From Podarcis erhardii (Eukaryota), in NCBI GenBank assembly GCA_964252035.1, contig OZ176209.1: DNA of 64,000 nt. The stretch is one strand, 5' to 3'. Below are positions 38,137-49,724 of the stretch, piece by piece (position 1 is the stretch's first letter; each line of letters opens with the position of its first letter). Both the position numbers and the translations under genes were made by a program. A model generated the notes under the pieces. That model searched no databases and had not been told where the DNA came from. It saw nothing but the letters and a program-made list of their open reading frames with translations.

Positions 38137-39052
38137 CTGGAGGGGTTAAAAAAAATATTGTTTTAAAAAAACAGAGCAAATCATGCGCAGAAGAATTAAT
38201 TATGCATGTTAGATAAAACGATGTATCCCAAATAAATTCTGTTATTAACTGCCTCAAATACACTATTTGATTCAAGAATATATGTCAGCTAGTACTCTCA
38301 CTATGAAGCCTAATGCAAGATAAGATCTCTGAGGACCATAGCATAGTTCAGGGTAAATCAACCTTAAACTGTAAATGCAATATCTGCAAAAATCCCTTGT
38401 CCGTTTCTGTCTTGATTATCTGCCCTTCATCTGTTGTTTAGATCAGGAGTGGGACACTTTTTTTTCCTATCAAGGGCCAATGACCCACAGAGAACAAACA
38501 ATTGCAGGTATGTGGATTAATGTGAGCCAAAGCTCTAGTGTGTTCAGCCCCAGAACCAGCAGGTATTGCTCCAAAATTGTTTTTCGATGCCAGATTTGAG
38601 CTCTAAAACACGTGAAGCAATAAAATTCAGAGTGCCTCTGAGAGCCTCCCACTACAACCAGGTGAGACGGTAATCTAAATGTGAAAAGTAAATGAGTTCA
38701 GTTATTGGCAGAATAGAGTCATTCCCTATCTGAGTCCAATGCCTCTGGCCAGCCCGGAGATTCAGGCTTCGAGCCTGAGCTGCTCCACAATCAGTGTGAG
38801 GAGATGACAAAGTGACCCAGGGCAGTGTTTGTACTCCCAGCACTTCAGGCTGCTCCTCCACAGTCAATGAATAGAGCAAAGGAATTAAAAGGATGGAGTT
38901 CTGGCAGAACTGGATGAAACAGGGGAATGCCAATTGGTTGCTGTGGAGCAGAGGTGGGGAACCTCAAGTTTGGGGCATAAATGCAGCTCTCCATGCCTCT
39001 CCTGGGATCTTTTCCAAGACACACGCTTCCCTAGCCACAATGCATCTCCACA

Positions 39053-39429
39053 GGACATGGGTGGTGCTGTGGTCTAAACCACTGAGCCTTTTGGGCTTGC
39101 CGACTGGAAGGTTGGTGGTTCGAATCCCCGTGGTGGAGTGAGCTCCCATTGCTCTGTCCCAGCTCCTGCCAACCTAGCAGTTCGAAAGCACACAGTGCAA
39201 GTAGATAAACAGGCACCGTTGTGTTGGGAAGGTAAACAGCGTTTCCATGCGCTCTGGTTTCCGTCACGGTGTCCCATTGTGCCAGAAATGGTTTAGTCAT
39301 GCTGGACACATGATCCAGAAAGCTGTCTGTGGACAAACGCCAGCTCCCTTGGCCTGAAAGCAAGATGAGCGCCACAACGCCATAGTCGCCTTTGACTGGA
39401 TTTAACCATCCAAGGGTCCTTTACCTTTA
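39053..39429 (+). mobile_element. Sauria SINE (diverged subfamily)
   Basis: gggtggtgctgtggtctaaacc...ggttcgaatcccc...cctttaccttt. Confidence 0.88.
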
Positions 39430-39776
39430 ACACAGGCCATAACCCTCAATGACCATGAATCACACTTTTCATGCATGCTTTGGCTGGCTGGAATGTGTCC
39501 TGGAACTCTGACCATGTTTCTTGCATTCCAGGGTAAAATACAATGGGGGGTGTGTGTGTTGGTGTTGTTGCAACAATACAAGAGACAATAGAAGAGTGCA
39601 CCATCAGGGTCAAACCATTGGAGAGTTTCAGCACCTGCTGTGGTTGTAGAGTCCAATATGGTAGAGAAATGTTTCATTGCAGCCGGGGGAAGACAAAGGC
39701 GTCTGGTTTCTCTGTTACAGATACACTACTGTGTTTCTTCTCTCTGTGCTCCTCGCAGCAGTCATTTCTCCTCTGA

Positions 39777-40270
39777 TCACTGCTGTGGATGCATGAATGA
39801 CGGTCTCCAGGCACTGTGATCATCTGCAAGGGATTCCCACACTGTGGGGCTAATGTTGCCAGCCTTCATGTCATGTCTGCAGACATCTTTATAACACAGA
39901 GTTGGTCTGCCAATGGGTTTGGTGCCTGAAGCCAGCTCCCTGTAAAGCACAACCTTGGGGATCCTGCCATCATACACTCTGCGTACATGACCAAGCCAGT
40001 GTAGATGTCGCTGAGACAGAAGTGTAAACATGTTGAGAATGTGGGCTTTGAAGAGCACATCTTTGTTTGAGGCACTGTCCTGCCATGTGATCCCCAAAAT
40101 CTTGCTGACACTGAACATATGGAAGGCAATGAGGTATTGCTCCTGCCCAGTGTAAGTTCCATAAAGCAGTGTGCTCAACACACAAGCCCGGTAAACCTTC
40201 ATCTTGGTATTGGTCTTTAGCACGACATTATCTCAGCCATTGCTGTAGCTGCCTTGCCAATTCGCTTGTC
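39777..40270 (-). mobile_element. RTE-clade LINE 3' fragment, degenerate
   Basis: TKMKVYRACVLSTLLYG...ILGITWQD...LHWLGHVRRVYDGRIPKVVLYREL..G.KPIGRP. Confidence 0.88.
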
Positions 40271-40422
40271 TAACCTACTGTACAAAAGTCAATTCGACAT
40301 TTGCTGCTCCACATATTTTTTGCCTCTGATTCTGGCCACCACTGGCACATGTCATCCGTAAGGTTGCTGAAACAAGAATTCATCCATTGGGCTGAGAAAG
40401 ATTCCCCACCCATGCCTTACAA

Positions 40423-40558
40423 CAGGGTTTTCCAAACTTGGGTTTCCAGCTGCTTTTGGACTGCAATTCCCATCATCCCTGAACACTAGACCTGCTAGCT
40501 AAGGATGATGGGAGTTGTAGTCCAAAAACATCTGGATATCCATGTTTGGGAAACCCAG
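40423..40558. mobile_element. hAT-type MITE (TIR CAGGGTTT(T)CCAAAC)
   Basis: Inverted ends cagggttttccaaac / gtttgggaaacccag; near-palindromic body. Confidence 0.7.
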
Positions 40559-42360
40559 CCCCAGAAGGATACACTGCAGCTTCCATCCTAAATCATCTCT
40601 CTTTTTGTCCAAGCTAGTGGAGCTATGATACTAAACAATGGGTCCATGGGCAAGAGTTTGTTCTACCCCTGTCAACTGGAAGACCTAAGTGGTAAGAACA
40701 GATCCTCTCCTCCTCTGTAAAGCATCATATACATGCACTAGCTTTGTTTGTTTGTTTAATAATAATATAAATCCCACCATATATACCCAAGCATCTTTCT
40801 GAATCTACACTGTAAATCTTTAATAACCTGGCTATCTTGTGAAATTGAAAGCAAGGACAACAAATATGGTTCAGATCGTCCTCTTTCAAGGATATGGAGT
40901 GAGCTGTTCTGTGGGAGGGAGGGAAGAAGTTTGGAGAAAAGGGGAAACTCAATGTATCTCCTTTTGTGCATTATTTAATGAAAATCAATAAAAAATATTG
41001 TTATAAAAATGCAAAACCAAAAGGGGGGGGGAGGCTATGGAGTGAGACTTCCCACAGTCTAGAATTAGAAAGGGGACTGGAATTTCAAGATGATCCTGTG
41101 TTTAGGTTCTGGCAATGAAAATTTCATGCATGGCCTCATCTAAAAACACACGCAGCCCAGCCCTAAGCATGTTGGCATGGAAGTAAGTCCCACTGAGCTG
41201 AACAATGCTCGCTCACAAGTGAATGTTATAGGTAGGAAGAATGCAGCCAATCTTTCTGTGCTCAGTCTCCGCAGTAGAAAGGAGTTATGGTGCAGGGTAG
41301 CGATTTGATTCTTGCCTTTGCCATATACCTTCAAGGGGGCCTTAGGCAAGCCTGATTCCTGCTCACCCCATCCCTCAATCTGCAACAAGGATGTGAGGCA
41401 CAGGGCCACTGCAAAGATTACAACTATATAAAGAACAAATGCGCAGCCAGAGATCTTTTGCATTTCTTTGAGAGCAGGCCTTGCAAAGCAAGGTGAGCTG
41501 CAATATGCTATTCACCACTCACCCAATGCCTGGAACTGCTATCGAACTAAACAGACCACCTGCAAGACTGGTACCACCAAAGGAAAAGCTGGACAGATGT
41601 GGACACTTCCTTTCTTTGGATTCAAGTGATCCGTGGCTTACATGAAAAATTTAGACTAGCGCTACCTGCCTCCTACATCTTTCGTCTGCTCTGTCTAGTT
41701 GCCATCGTGTTTTCAGGCCACAGATGGCCTCTCTCTATGCCAAATGTGCAGAACCTAAGACAATTCGTCCTCGATTCTTGGCTGTGTCTGTTGCCACAGC
41801 TCCTACAGATGTCAAAAGTGAGGAGGGGGTTGCAATGAATCCCATACAGGATCCATCAGAAGATGCGCAGTAAGACCCAACCTGACACTGGCAATATGCC
41901 TGATGTAATACCATCAGACCTAGTGCACAGCTGAGGTGCACATTAGTGCGACATGAGACTGATTTGCACTAGCATAAGAGTCATTCTTAGAGCTGATCTA
42001 CATATGCAGAACCACAACGTTCTACTAATGTTCTGTGATTTATTTATTTTTTGGGGGGAGAACCTTTTACATAGAAACCTACTGTGTCAGGAAGATGGTG
42101 AGAACTCTTCTTCCTGGCACATAAGCTTTCGACAGGCAAGGAGAATTTTGTGTGGGTGGGATGGGGTGGGGGAGGCAATCAAACATGTGGCTCACCCCCT
42201 TGTACCCTACATTGAATTATGAACTCCTGAAAACTTGGTATCTGATGTTGTGTGTGTGCTTTCATATTCTAGCTAATGATAATTTTCTCGAAGGAATGCT
42301 GGCACCAGACTTTCAGACCATGGCATATTTCTTGCTATAAATCATGCAGCAATTGCTCAC

Positions 42361-42456
42361 CTGTAGTCCAGCAGTCTCTCCATAAGACGAGTTACAGTGG
42401 CGATTAATGAAACGCCACTTTCTCTCCATGTTTCGCGTTCAATTTTCTTCAGCAAG
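42361..42456 (-). CDS. DOCK4: DOCK4 coding exon (LLKKIERETWRESGVSLIATVTRLMERLLDY)
   Basis: ttccag/gtgagc; 96 nt, phase 2 to 2. Confidence 0.95.
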
Positions 42457-42626
42457 CTGGAAGGAATGAACCCAGGGCAAAATATCAGCATTTATTTTTA
42501 CCGGTCTCCATAACAACCAATTTATACTCAAAGGTACCCAAAAATGCCTTAGCAGTATCTTCTCATTCACAGATTTTATTATTATTATTTCCTTCAAACT
42601 AAGCACAATTGCAAATATTCTCTTAC

Positions 42627-42653
42627 CTGGGATAAGGACCAAAGAGTGGAATT
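42627..42653 (-). CDS. DOCK4: DOCK4 27-nt microexon (IPLFGPYP), frame-preserving cassette
   Basis: gagtag/gtaaga; phase 2 to 2; gives NSIIPLFGPYPSLLKK, as recalled for the longer human isoform. Confidence 0.88.
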
Positions 42654-44390
42654 CTACTCCAGGAAGCATTGACAAGGCAAATTGAATTTTTTTTAGGTTA
42701 GCCAACTTCAAGACAACACACACACACAGAGAAAGCATCCTATTTTCCAAATATATCTAGACATCTCACAACCTTTACACACAGAAGATTCTGGATTTAT
42801 TGCATGCTCACCCCTTTGTGCTATTCATTAGACCTGTATTTCAACATCAAGAAAAGAAACTGAAGATTTTGTTACCTAGAAGAGAGCATTTCCCATCTCA
42901 CTGCTTCCCTTTCGATGAGATTTCAAATCTTCTCAATGTAGGATTTTTTCCCCCCTCCGTACTTTAGTCGACAGTAGTTCTGCACCCACACAATTTACTG
43001 CATTGTAACTGCCACAGGAAAAGCCTTTTCCTGAGGAGAATTTTTTTTCTTTTTTAACCCAAACACTTTCCTTTTGCTTGGTGTTATTTATGCATTTCAA
43101 TCTCATTCATTTAACTGTTAAATAATTGGTAGCTTCTTGGTGGCAAATCTTAGCCAAATGCACCAGGTCAGTTAGAATTGAAAGGTTCTGAGCCCAGCAG
43201 TAATATGAAAATACAGAAATAGAACCACTGACAATAATACCAATGAGCAATGGCTAGCATTTGCTTAATTTCTAAAAATGAGAGGGGCTGGGGGTTGTTC
43301 CGGAAGTCCTTTCCCCAAATCTAGAAGCATGCAAGCCTCAGAAGGGCACATGACATATGCTCACAGAGACTTTGTCCTTCGGGATTGCCTCTCACATTCC
43401 AAGGCTGAGCCCTAGAATCCTAGGGCTGCCCAAAGGTGATTCTACAAGCGCTCAAGACCCCATCACAACCATGCCTTTTGCAGAAGTGACTTGGGAGAAG
43501 CTTTGAAATGTTTCTATGTTGATAACACAGGTATCCTCCAGGGACGAGTCCCCCTCCCACAAATCATAAACAAGGATTCTGGGTTTTTTAAGGTGTTTTG
43601 GGCATTTGTAGATTTATAGACCTCTCCTTCCCTCTCCTGTGCGCGCTCTCTCTCTCTCTCTCTGTGAAAAACTAGTTGCTCCCCCATTCCAGTTCCCTTG
43701 CCTTTGACTGAATCCTGAGGTTCTATATAGTTACTGGTATGTATTTTGTAAAAGTGGGGATGTTGGACAAATTGGAGAAGGTGAGACAGTCATGCTTATG
43801 TTAGAAAGGGAAACAGACAAGGGGATGGTTAAGCCATTCCAAAGCAACAGCACTGAAGTACCCATATATGTTACTTAGGTCAAAGCACTACAACCAACAC
43901 CAGAAACTTATGGAAAGGAGAACCAAACATACCTAAGAGCTATTCACACAACCATCTGAGTGCACAGTGGAGGCATCCACCAGCATATGGAAAGCCAGTT
44001 GTACATACCAAGTGTAGAATCTGACTTCCACCACCCATTGAAAAATGCTAATTCTCTGGCAACGACTGGCTCACCATGGGTTGGCAGCTACCATGGGCAA
44101 ACTTTTCAAACATGCTCACCACAACTGCCACATACCCAAGGGCTTTTAAATAGCCCTTGGATAACCCAAAGCTATGTTGGGCTACCCTTTGCACTTAATG
44201 ACTCTACAGTGTCAGCAATTGGCAGTTTGGACCTGTCTAGCATTCCTCAAAAGTCTGGTCCCAAGACCCACAACAAGTAATTATTTCACAGATTTATAAA
44301 CTGCATAATGGTCTGAGACCATTGAAGTAGTGTACAATATAAAAGCAGGATACAACACCAAGCCCAATTTCCCTTCAAGGAAAGCCTTCT

Positions 44391-44392
<2 letters not shown>

Positions 44393-44435
<43 letters not shown>
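44393..44435. repeat. (AAT)n microsatellite
   Basis: Direct reading. Confidence 0.95.
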
Positions 44436-44974
44436 GGCATTATATATGGAAATAATTTGGTCTGGACGTTGATGCCTCTGTGGCGTATTCTTTGTAGCTT
44501 CATAACCTTGATTCTCTCTGTTACTCTTATTTTTATTTTGTTTTTACTGCTGTGACTGAATGCTAAAACTAATAAATACATTATTGAAGAGAAATATATA
44601 CAATAGGCACCTAAATACCATGTTGTTAGGTGCCTGTCTAATTTCAGCTGGGAATTCATTCCAGAGGGCTGGAGCTACAACGCTAAAGACCCAATTGATA
44701 GTGCAAACTAAGCACTCCTCCATTGGAGGAGCAAATCTACTGGACAGAAATATACAGGGTAAAGTTCTCCTTTAGGCAGAATTCAGAATAGTATGCTAAG
44801 GAGATGTATGAGGTATTTGACTGCTGAGTTGTGAGTTTATCCTTCCACTTCCTGCAGCTAACAGAAAGATAAGCATAGAATTGTATTCCTGGGATGGGAG
44901 AAAAAAAGTTTATGTTCCTTCACATTTTGTATGAGACACACACTAGCCAGTTGTCAACAACAACAGCAACAACT

Positions 44975-45515
44975 TATTATTTATACCCCTCCCATCTGGC
45001 TGGGTTTCGCCAGCCACTCTGGGTGGCTCCCAACAGAATATTAAAAACACGATAAAACATCAAACATTAAAAACTTCCCTAAGCAGGGCTTCCTTCAGAT
45101 TTCTTCTAAAAGTCAAATAGTTGTTTATTTCCTTGACATCTGATGGGAGGGCATTCCACAGGGTGGGCGCCACTACCAAGAAGGCCCTCTGCCTGGTTCC
45201 CTGTAACCTCAGTGAGGGAACCACCAGAAGGCCCTTGGAGCTGGACCTCAGTGTCCGTGTCCGGGCTGAACGATGGGGGTGGAGATGCTCCTTCAGGTAT
45301 ACTGGGCCAAGGCCGTTTACGGCTTTAAAGGTCAGCACCAACACTTTGAATTGTGCTCAGAAACATACTGGGAGCCAATGAAGGTCTTTCAGAACCAGTG
45401 TTATATGGTCTCGGCGGCCACTCCCAGTCACCAGTCTAGCTGCCGCATTCTGGATTACTTGTAGTTTCCGGGTCAATTTCAAAGGTAGCCCCACGTAGAG
45501 CACATTGCAGTAGTC
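44975..45515 (-). mobile_element. L2-clade LINE 3' end
   Basis: Same family as 31785-32190; ORF 45060-45344. Confidence 0.9.
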
Positions 45516-46030
45516 GAAAACTGTACTTGAACTGTACTTGACCCGGATAGCCCTTCAAATAGAGGACATTTCTCTGGCAGCTTTACAGATAGAGAACTAT
45601 TCCCTGTAAAGTAGGACATACGACCAACCTAATTGTCAAACTTGCACATCCTATGCAACAGCTTGAACTATACTGCCCCGACATGTCTGCACTGAGGGAA
45701 GGAAAACATTGTTCATGTTGTTGCAGTCCAAATTATTTTTAGGTCACATTTCAGCTTGCTTACACATAGCTCTTGATCCCACAATCAAGCATAGCTGTCA
45801 ACTTTTCCCTTTTCTTGGGAGGAATCCTATTCAGAATAAGGGAATTTCCCTTAAAAAAAAGGGAAACGTTGACAGCTATGTAATCAAGTGATGGCCAGTT
45901 CCACTCCTGTATGCCATATAGTCAACTCCATAGCATTTGAGGGAGATGTGCATGTCCTGGAAGGCTGAAGCCAATGCCAGCTTCCTGCCATACTTCTCTG
46001 TGGGTTTAGAGGCATATATTTCCCCTTCAG

Positions 46031-46466
46031 TTACAGATAGGTAGCCGTGTTGGTCTGCCATAGTCAAAACAAAATAAAAAAATTCCTTCCAGTAGCACCT
46101 TAAAGACCAACTAAGTTAGTTCTAGGTATGAGCTGGTCTGAACAAAGACCTGGTCTGAACAAAGACATTGGATTCTTATCTCATTATACATGACAAAGCC
46201 ATTTTTCACCTTCTCACCCCTTGCTTTTTCCTGTAAGACCTATTGCAGTCGTTAAGAGTTGTCAACAGGCTCATCACAGCTATCTGCCAATCACCCAATC
46301 CCACCACCCTTCTGAGTAATACCCCTCCCCACCTTCTCACTATATAGAAGGGTCTGGTGACTTCTGTTTCAGTGTATCTGAAGAAGTGTGCATGCACACG
46401 AAAGCTCATACCTAGAACTAACTTAGTTGGTCTTTAAGGTGCTACTGGAAGGAATTTTTTTATTTT
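46031..46466 (+). mobile_element. Penelope-like retroelement (PLE) 3' fragment with inverted pseudo-LTR segment and 13-bp TSD
   Basis: ATTTCCCCTTCAG at 46018-46030 and 46467-46479; ORF end GLNKDIGFLSHYT* at 46152-46193; 46071-46134 is the exact reverse complement of 46403-46466. Confidence 0.85.
46374..46411 (+). ncRNA. Minimal type I hammerhead ribozyme inside the PLE pseudo-LTR
   Basis: GUAU-CUGAAGA-A-GUGUG(CAUG)CACAC-GAAA-GC-UC-AUAC: stem I GUAU/AUAC, stem II, palindromic AGCU stem III; predicted cleavage after C46407. Confidence 0.8.
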
Positions 46467-47479
46467 ATTTCCCCTTCAGACAGAACAGGGTTCGCCTGGA
46501 GGCTTCCAGGAAACACATCCGCATAAAGCCTGAAATAGCCCATGAGTCACTGGCGGAGGCAGAGGTGTGTGGGAGGAGCGCACCGCCCCCAGCAGCGCGA
46601 TCCCGGTGGGGTGCCATCTTGGCTGTTCCCCCACCTGCGCTGGGCGCCACGCCCCTGCAGGCGGTATGCCCCACCCCCAGGGCACACGCCACGCCCCCGG
46701 GACGCGCGCCAGCCACGCCCCCATCTGCTCTCCACCCCCCAGTGCCAAAGCATGAAGTACCGCCACTGCTTTGAGTGACATAAATTAGGGTACCGAAAGA
46801 TTGGGCTTCATCTATTTTAACGTATTCAGGAAAACGAACTGGATTCCTGCAGAAGTGCTGAGGGGATTAGGAAATTGTGCCGAAGGAAAATGTTCTCTCG
46901 CCTGGAGGTTTCTCCCCTGCCAAATATCAAAGACTCGCTGAAGGTGAGGAAACATCTCAAAATGAGAGCGGCTATAATCCCTCAGAAGTGATATGGATTA
47001 GCCAATTTAAATACAGGCTTACTTTCAGTTTATATTTTTTGCATCCAGTATATCATGTGGGTAGGTCCTGCCTCCCTCCCTCCCTCCCACCCACCAGGAA
47101 TTCGTGCAAACCCTTTGCATCGCAGACCTTTCAAAGATAATGCACAAAGCAAACATTCCTGACAAGAGAGCCTCTCAAAAACAAGCCTCCACTTCCTCGG
47201 GCAATATCTCAATAGGAAGTAAGAAGAAGGGTATTCCAGCTAAGCTGGTGTTCTCTCCTGCACACCGCGAAGCAGAAACTCTTCTGCATGCTTTACTGTA
47301 ATCTTTTATTCCATCTTCCTTTGATCCTTCTCCAGAGGCCCGTTTGCTTTCCAAACACCCAGAATGGTGCTTCTTTAACCTGCAGCTAGATTGCCAGCAT
47401 TCAGCAACAATCTTTGCTTGACACCGGTATAGAGTTATGTAAAAAAATTAAAAGCAAGAGTGGTTCCTTGTGCCTGTAT

Positions 47480-47596
47480 TGTAGTGGCTGGATGGCCATC
47501 TGTCATGGATGCTTTAGCTGAGATTCCTGAATTGAAGGGGGTTGGACTAGATGACCCTTAGGGTCCCTTCCAACTCTAAGATTCTACAATTCTACG
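47480..47596 (+). mobile_element. CR1-type 3' end
   Basis: gggttggactagatgacccttagggtcccttccaactctaagattctacaattctac. Confidence 0.75.
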
Positions 47597-47634
47597 ACTG
47601 AGGCAACAGAAACCGTGTCAGATGTAGTGGGTGC

Positions 47635-47635
<1 letters not shown>

Positions 47636-47682
<47 letters not shown>
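47636..47682. repeat. (AAT)n microsatellite
   Basis: Direct reading. Confidence 0.95.
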
Positions 47683-47891
47683 GGAAATGTGCTTGTTTAT
47701 GGGCTGTTTGTGAGGTATCTGTGCTAAATCTGAACAAGCAACAATGGCTGCTGTCGCTGCATGCCAAGTCGGCTGTGAGTAAGACCTCCCTCATCCATGA
47801 TTTGATTACAAATCACTCTGTAACCCTGAGGCCTGGGTAGTGGAACAGGGTGGAGTTGGTCTCACCTAGCTGTGCCCATGGCACTTGGGTA

Positions 47892-48133
47892 CAGTGGTAC
47901 CTCGGGTTACAGACGCTTCAGGTTACAGAAACTTCAGGTTACAGACTCCGCTAACCCAGAAATAGTACCACGGGTTAGGAACTTTACCTCAGGATGAGAA
48001 CAGAAATCGCGCAGCAGTGGCGCAGCAGCAGCGGGAAGCACCATTAGCTAAAGTGGTACCTCAGGTTAAGAACAGTTTCAGGTTAAGAACGGACCTCCAG
48101 AACAAATTAAGTTCTTAACCCGAGGTACCAATG
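47892..48133. mobile_element. Tigger/pogo-like MITE, same family in opposite orientation
   Basis: Reverse complement of 37221-37480. Confidence 0.88.
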
Positions 48134-48537
48134 TACTAGGTGCAGAATCAGGGCATAATTGAGAGTTGGGGAGGATAAATTGCTGTGGTCTATGCAGACT
48201 CACTCTCTCTCTTTCTCCAAGCTCTCTGTCCAGGATTTTTTTTTTGGGGGGGTGGCTTGAGTGTGAGTTCCTGGCACTGGGCAATTGGGACAGATTAGAG
48301 ACTCTGCTGGTTTACCGCTTGCCTTGCTGACCTTTCAGAGATAATGCACAAAGCAAATGTTCCTGACAAAAGAGCCTCTCAAAAACACTTGCTGAAGGTG
48401 AGGAAACATCTCAAAATGAGAGCTGCTATAATCTCTCAGAAGTGATATGGTTTAGGCAACATTTCTCTATAACCAGGTCTTTGGCTGATTAACATTCTAT
48501 GTGTTCGTGATAGGTGGGTTCATGATAGGTGGGTTAA

Positions 48538-48588
48538 TGGTTTGTTTGTTTGTTTGTTTGTTTGTTTGTTTGTTTGTTTGTTTGTTTG
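48538..48588. repeat. (GTTT)n microsatellite
   Basis: Direct reading. Confidence 0.95.
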
Positions 48589-49367
48589 ACTAATTGATTG
48601 ATTATGTATTTGGTGTTCTCATTTTGTATTTCTATGATTTGCGTAGTCCACCCTGTGATTTGCGGATGAAGGGCAGTATACAAATTTAATTAATAATAAA
48701 AACAACAACACCACTTTGTAATTATGCTGTTACTTAGATCTAAAGTTCCATTTTTCTGCAAGACTCTGGGCCACATGGAAAAGCCTCACCTCAAGCAACA
48801 ACAACGCTGTGTGCAGGATGGAGAGGTGTCACAAAGGTCCTGTGAAACCATTGATAATAGAAAAATTCTCTATGAAATTTGCTATGCTTGAGATTGTCAA
48901 AAGAGTGCCTGGACTAAAATTGTCTATCAGAAACTTCACTCTTGTGGTTTATCACCACAACAGCTAAGCTTGAGATGTTGCAAGTATAATGAAGTACTTC
49001 TTCAACCAGACACAATTTTCATTTAATGTAAATCAGACATTGCACCATAGTGTTGAAGATTGGTATCTATGCATACAAAAAGTGTCGTGTTAAGACTATA
49101 CCACAGGAATGCCTAATGAAATGTGAGCAACACACATACTGATTTAAAATTAACGAAATTGCAACAAAACTTCAGGAGTGATTCTCTAATTAAAAAAAAA
49201 AGTATCACAACATCATCTAATCTCCATTTTGTCGGAATTTATATTTCTGTCTTTTTCTTCATATAAAAAGGAAGTGCACCCAAACACCATTGTAACTGGA
49301 ATGTATCTAGTCAGCTATTTAGTTCAGGAAGTTTATCCGTAAAGATTCTTTAGGGTGTTCTGTTTAA

Positions 49368-49724
49368 TGCGGGTGGCGCTGTGGTCTAAACCACAGTGCC
49401 TAGGGCTTGCCGATCAGAAGGTCAGCAGTTCGAATCCCCACAATAGAGTGAGCTCCTGTTGCCCGGTTCCTGCTCCTGCCAACCTAGCAGTTCGAAAGCA
49501 CGTCAAAGTGCAAGTAGATAAATAGGTACCACTCCAGCGGGAAGGTAAACGGCATTTCCGTGTGCTGCTCTGGTTCGCCAGAAGCGGCTTAGTCATACTG
49601 GCCACGTGACCCAGAAAAACTGTCTGCAGACAAACGTCGGCTCCCTCAGCCAGTAAAGCGAGATGAGCACTGCAACCCCAGAGTCGTCCACAACTGGACC
49701 TAACAGTCAGGGGTCCCTTTACCC
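49368..49724 (+). mobile_element. Sauria SINE
   Basis: Near full-length match to the other copies. Confidence 0.9.

Noticed and set aside
41560-41900. Cys-containing frames resembling a DIRS gag zinc finger or a retrocopy
   Set aside because: Multiple stops and only a vague resemblance; needs BLASTX
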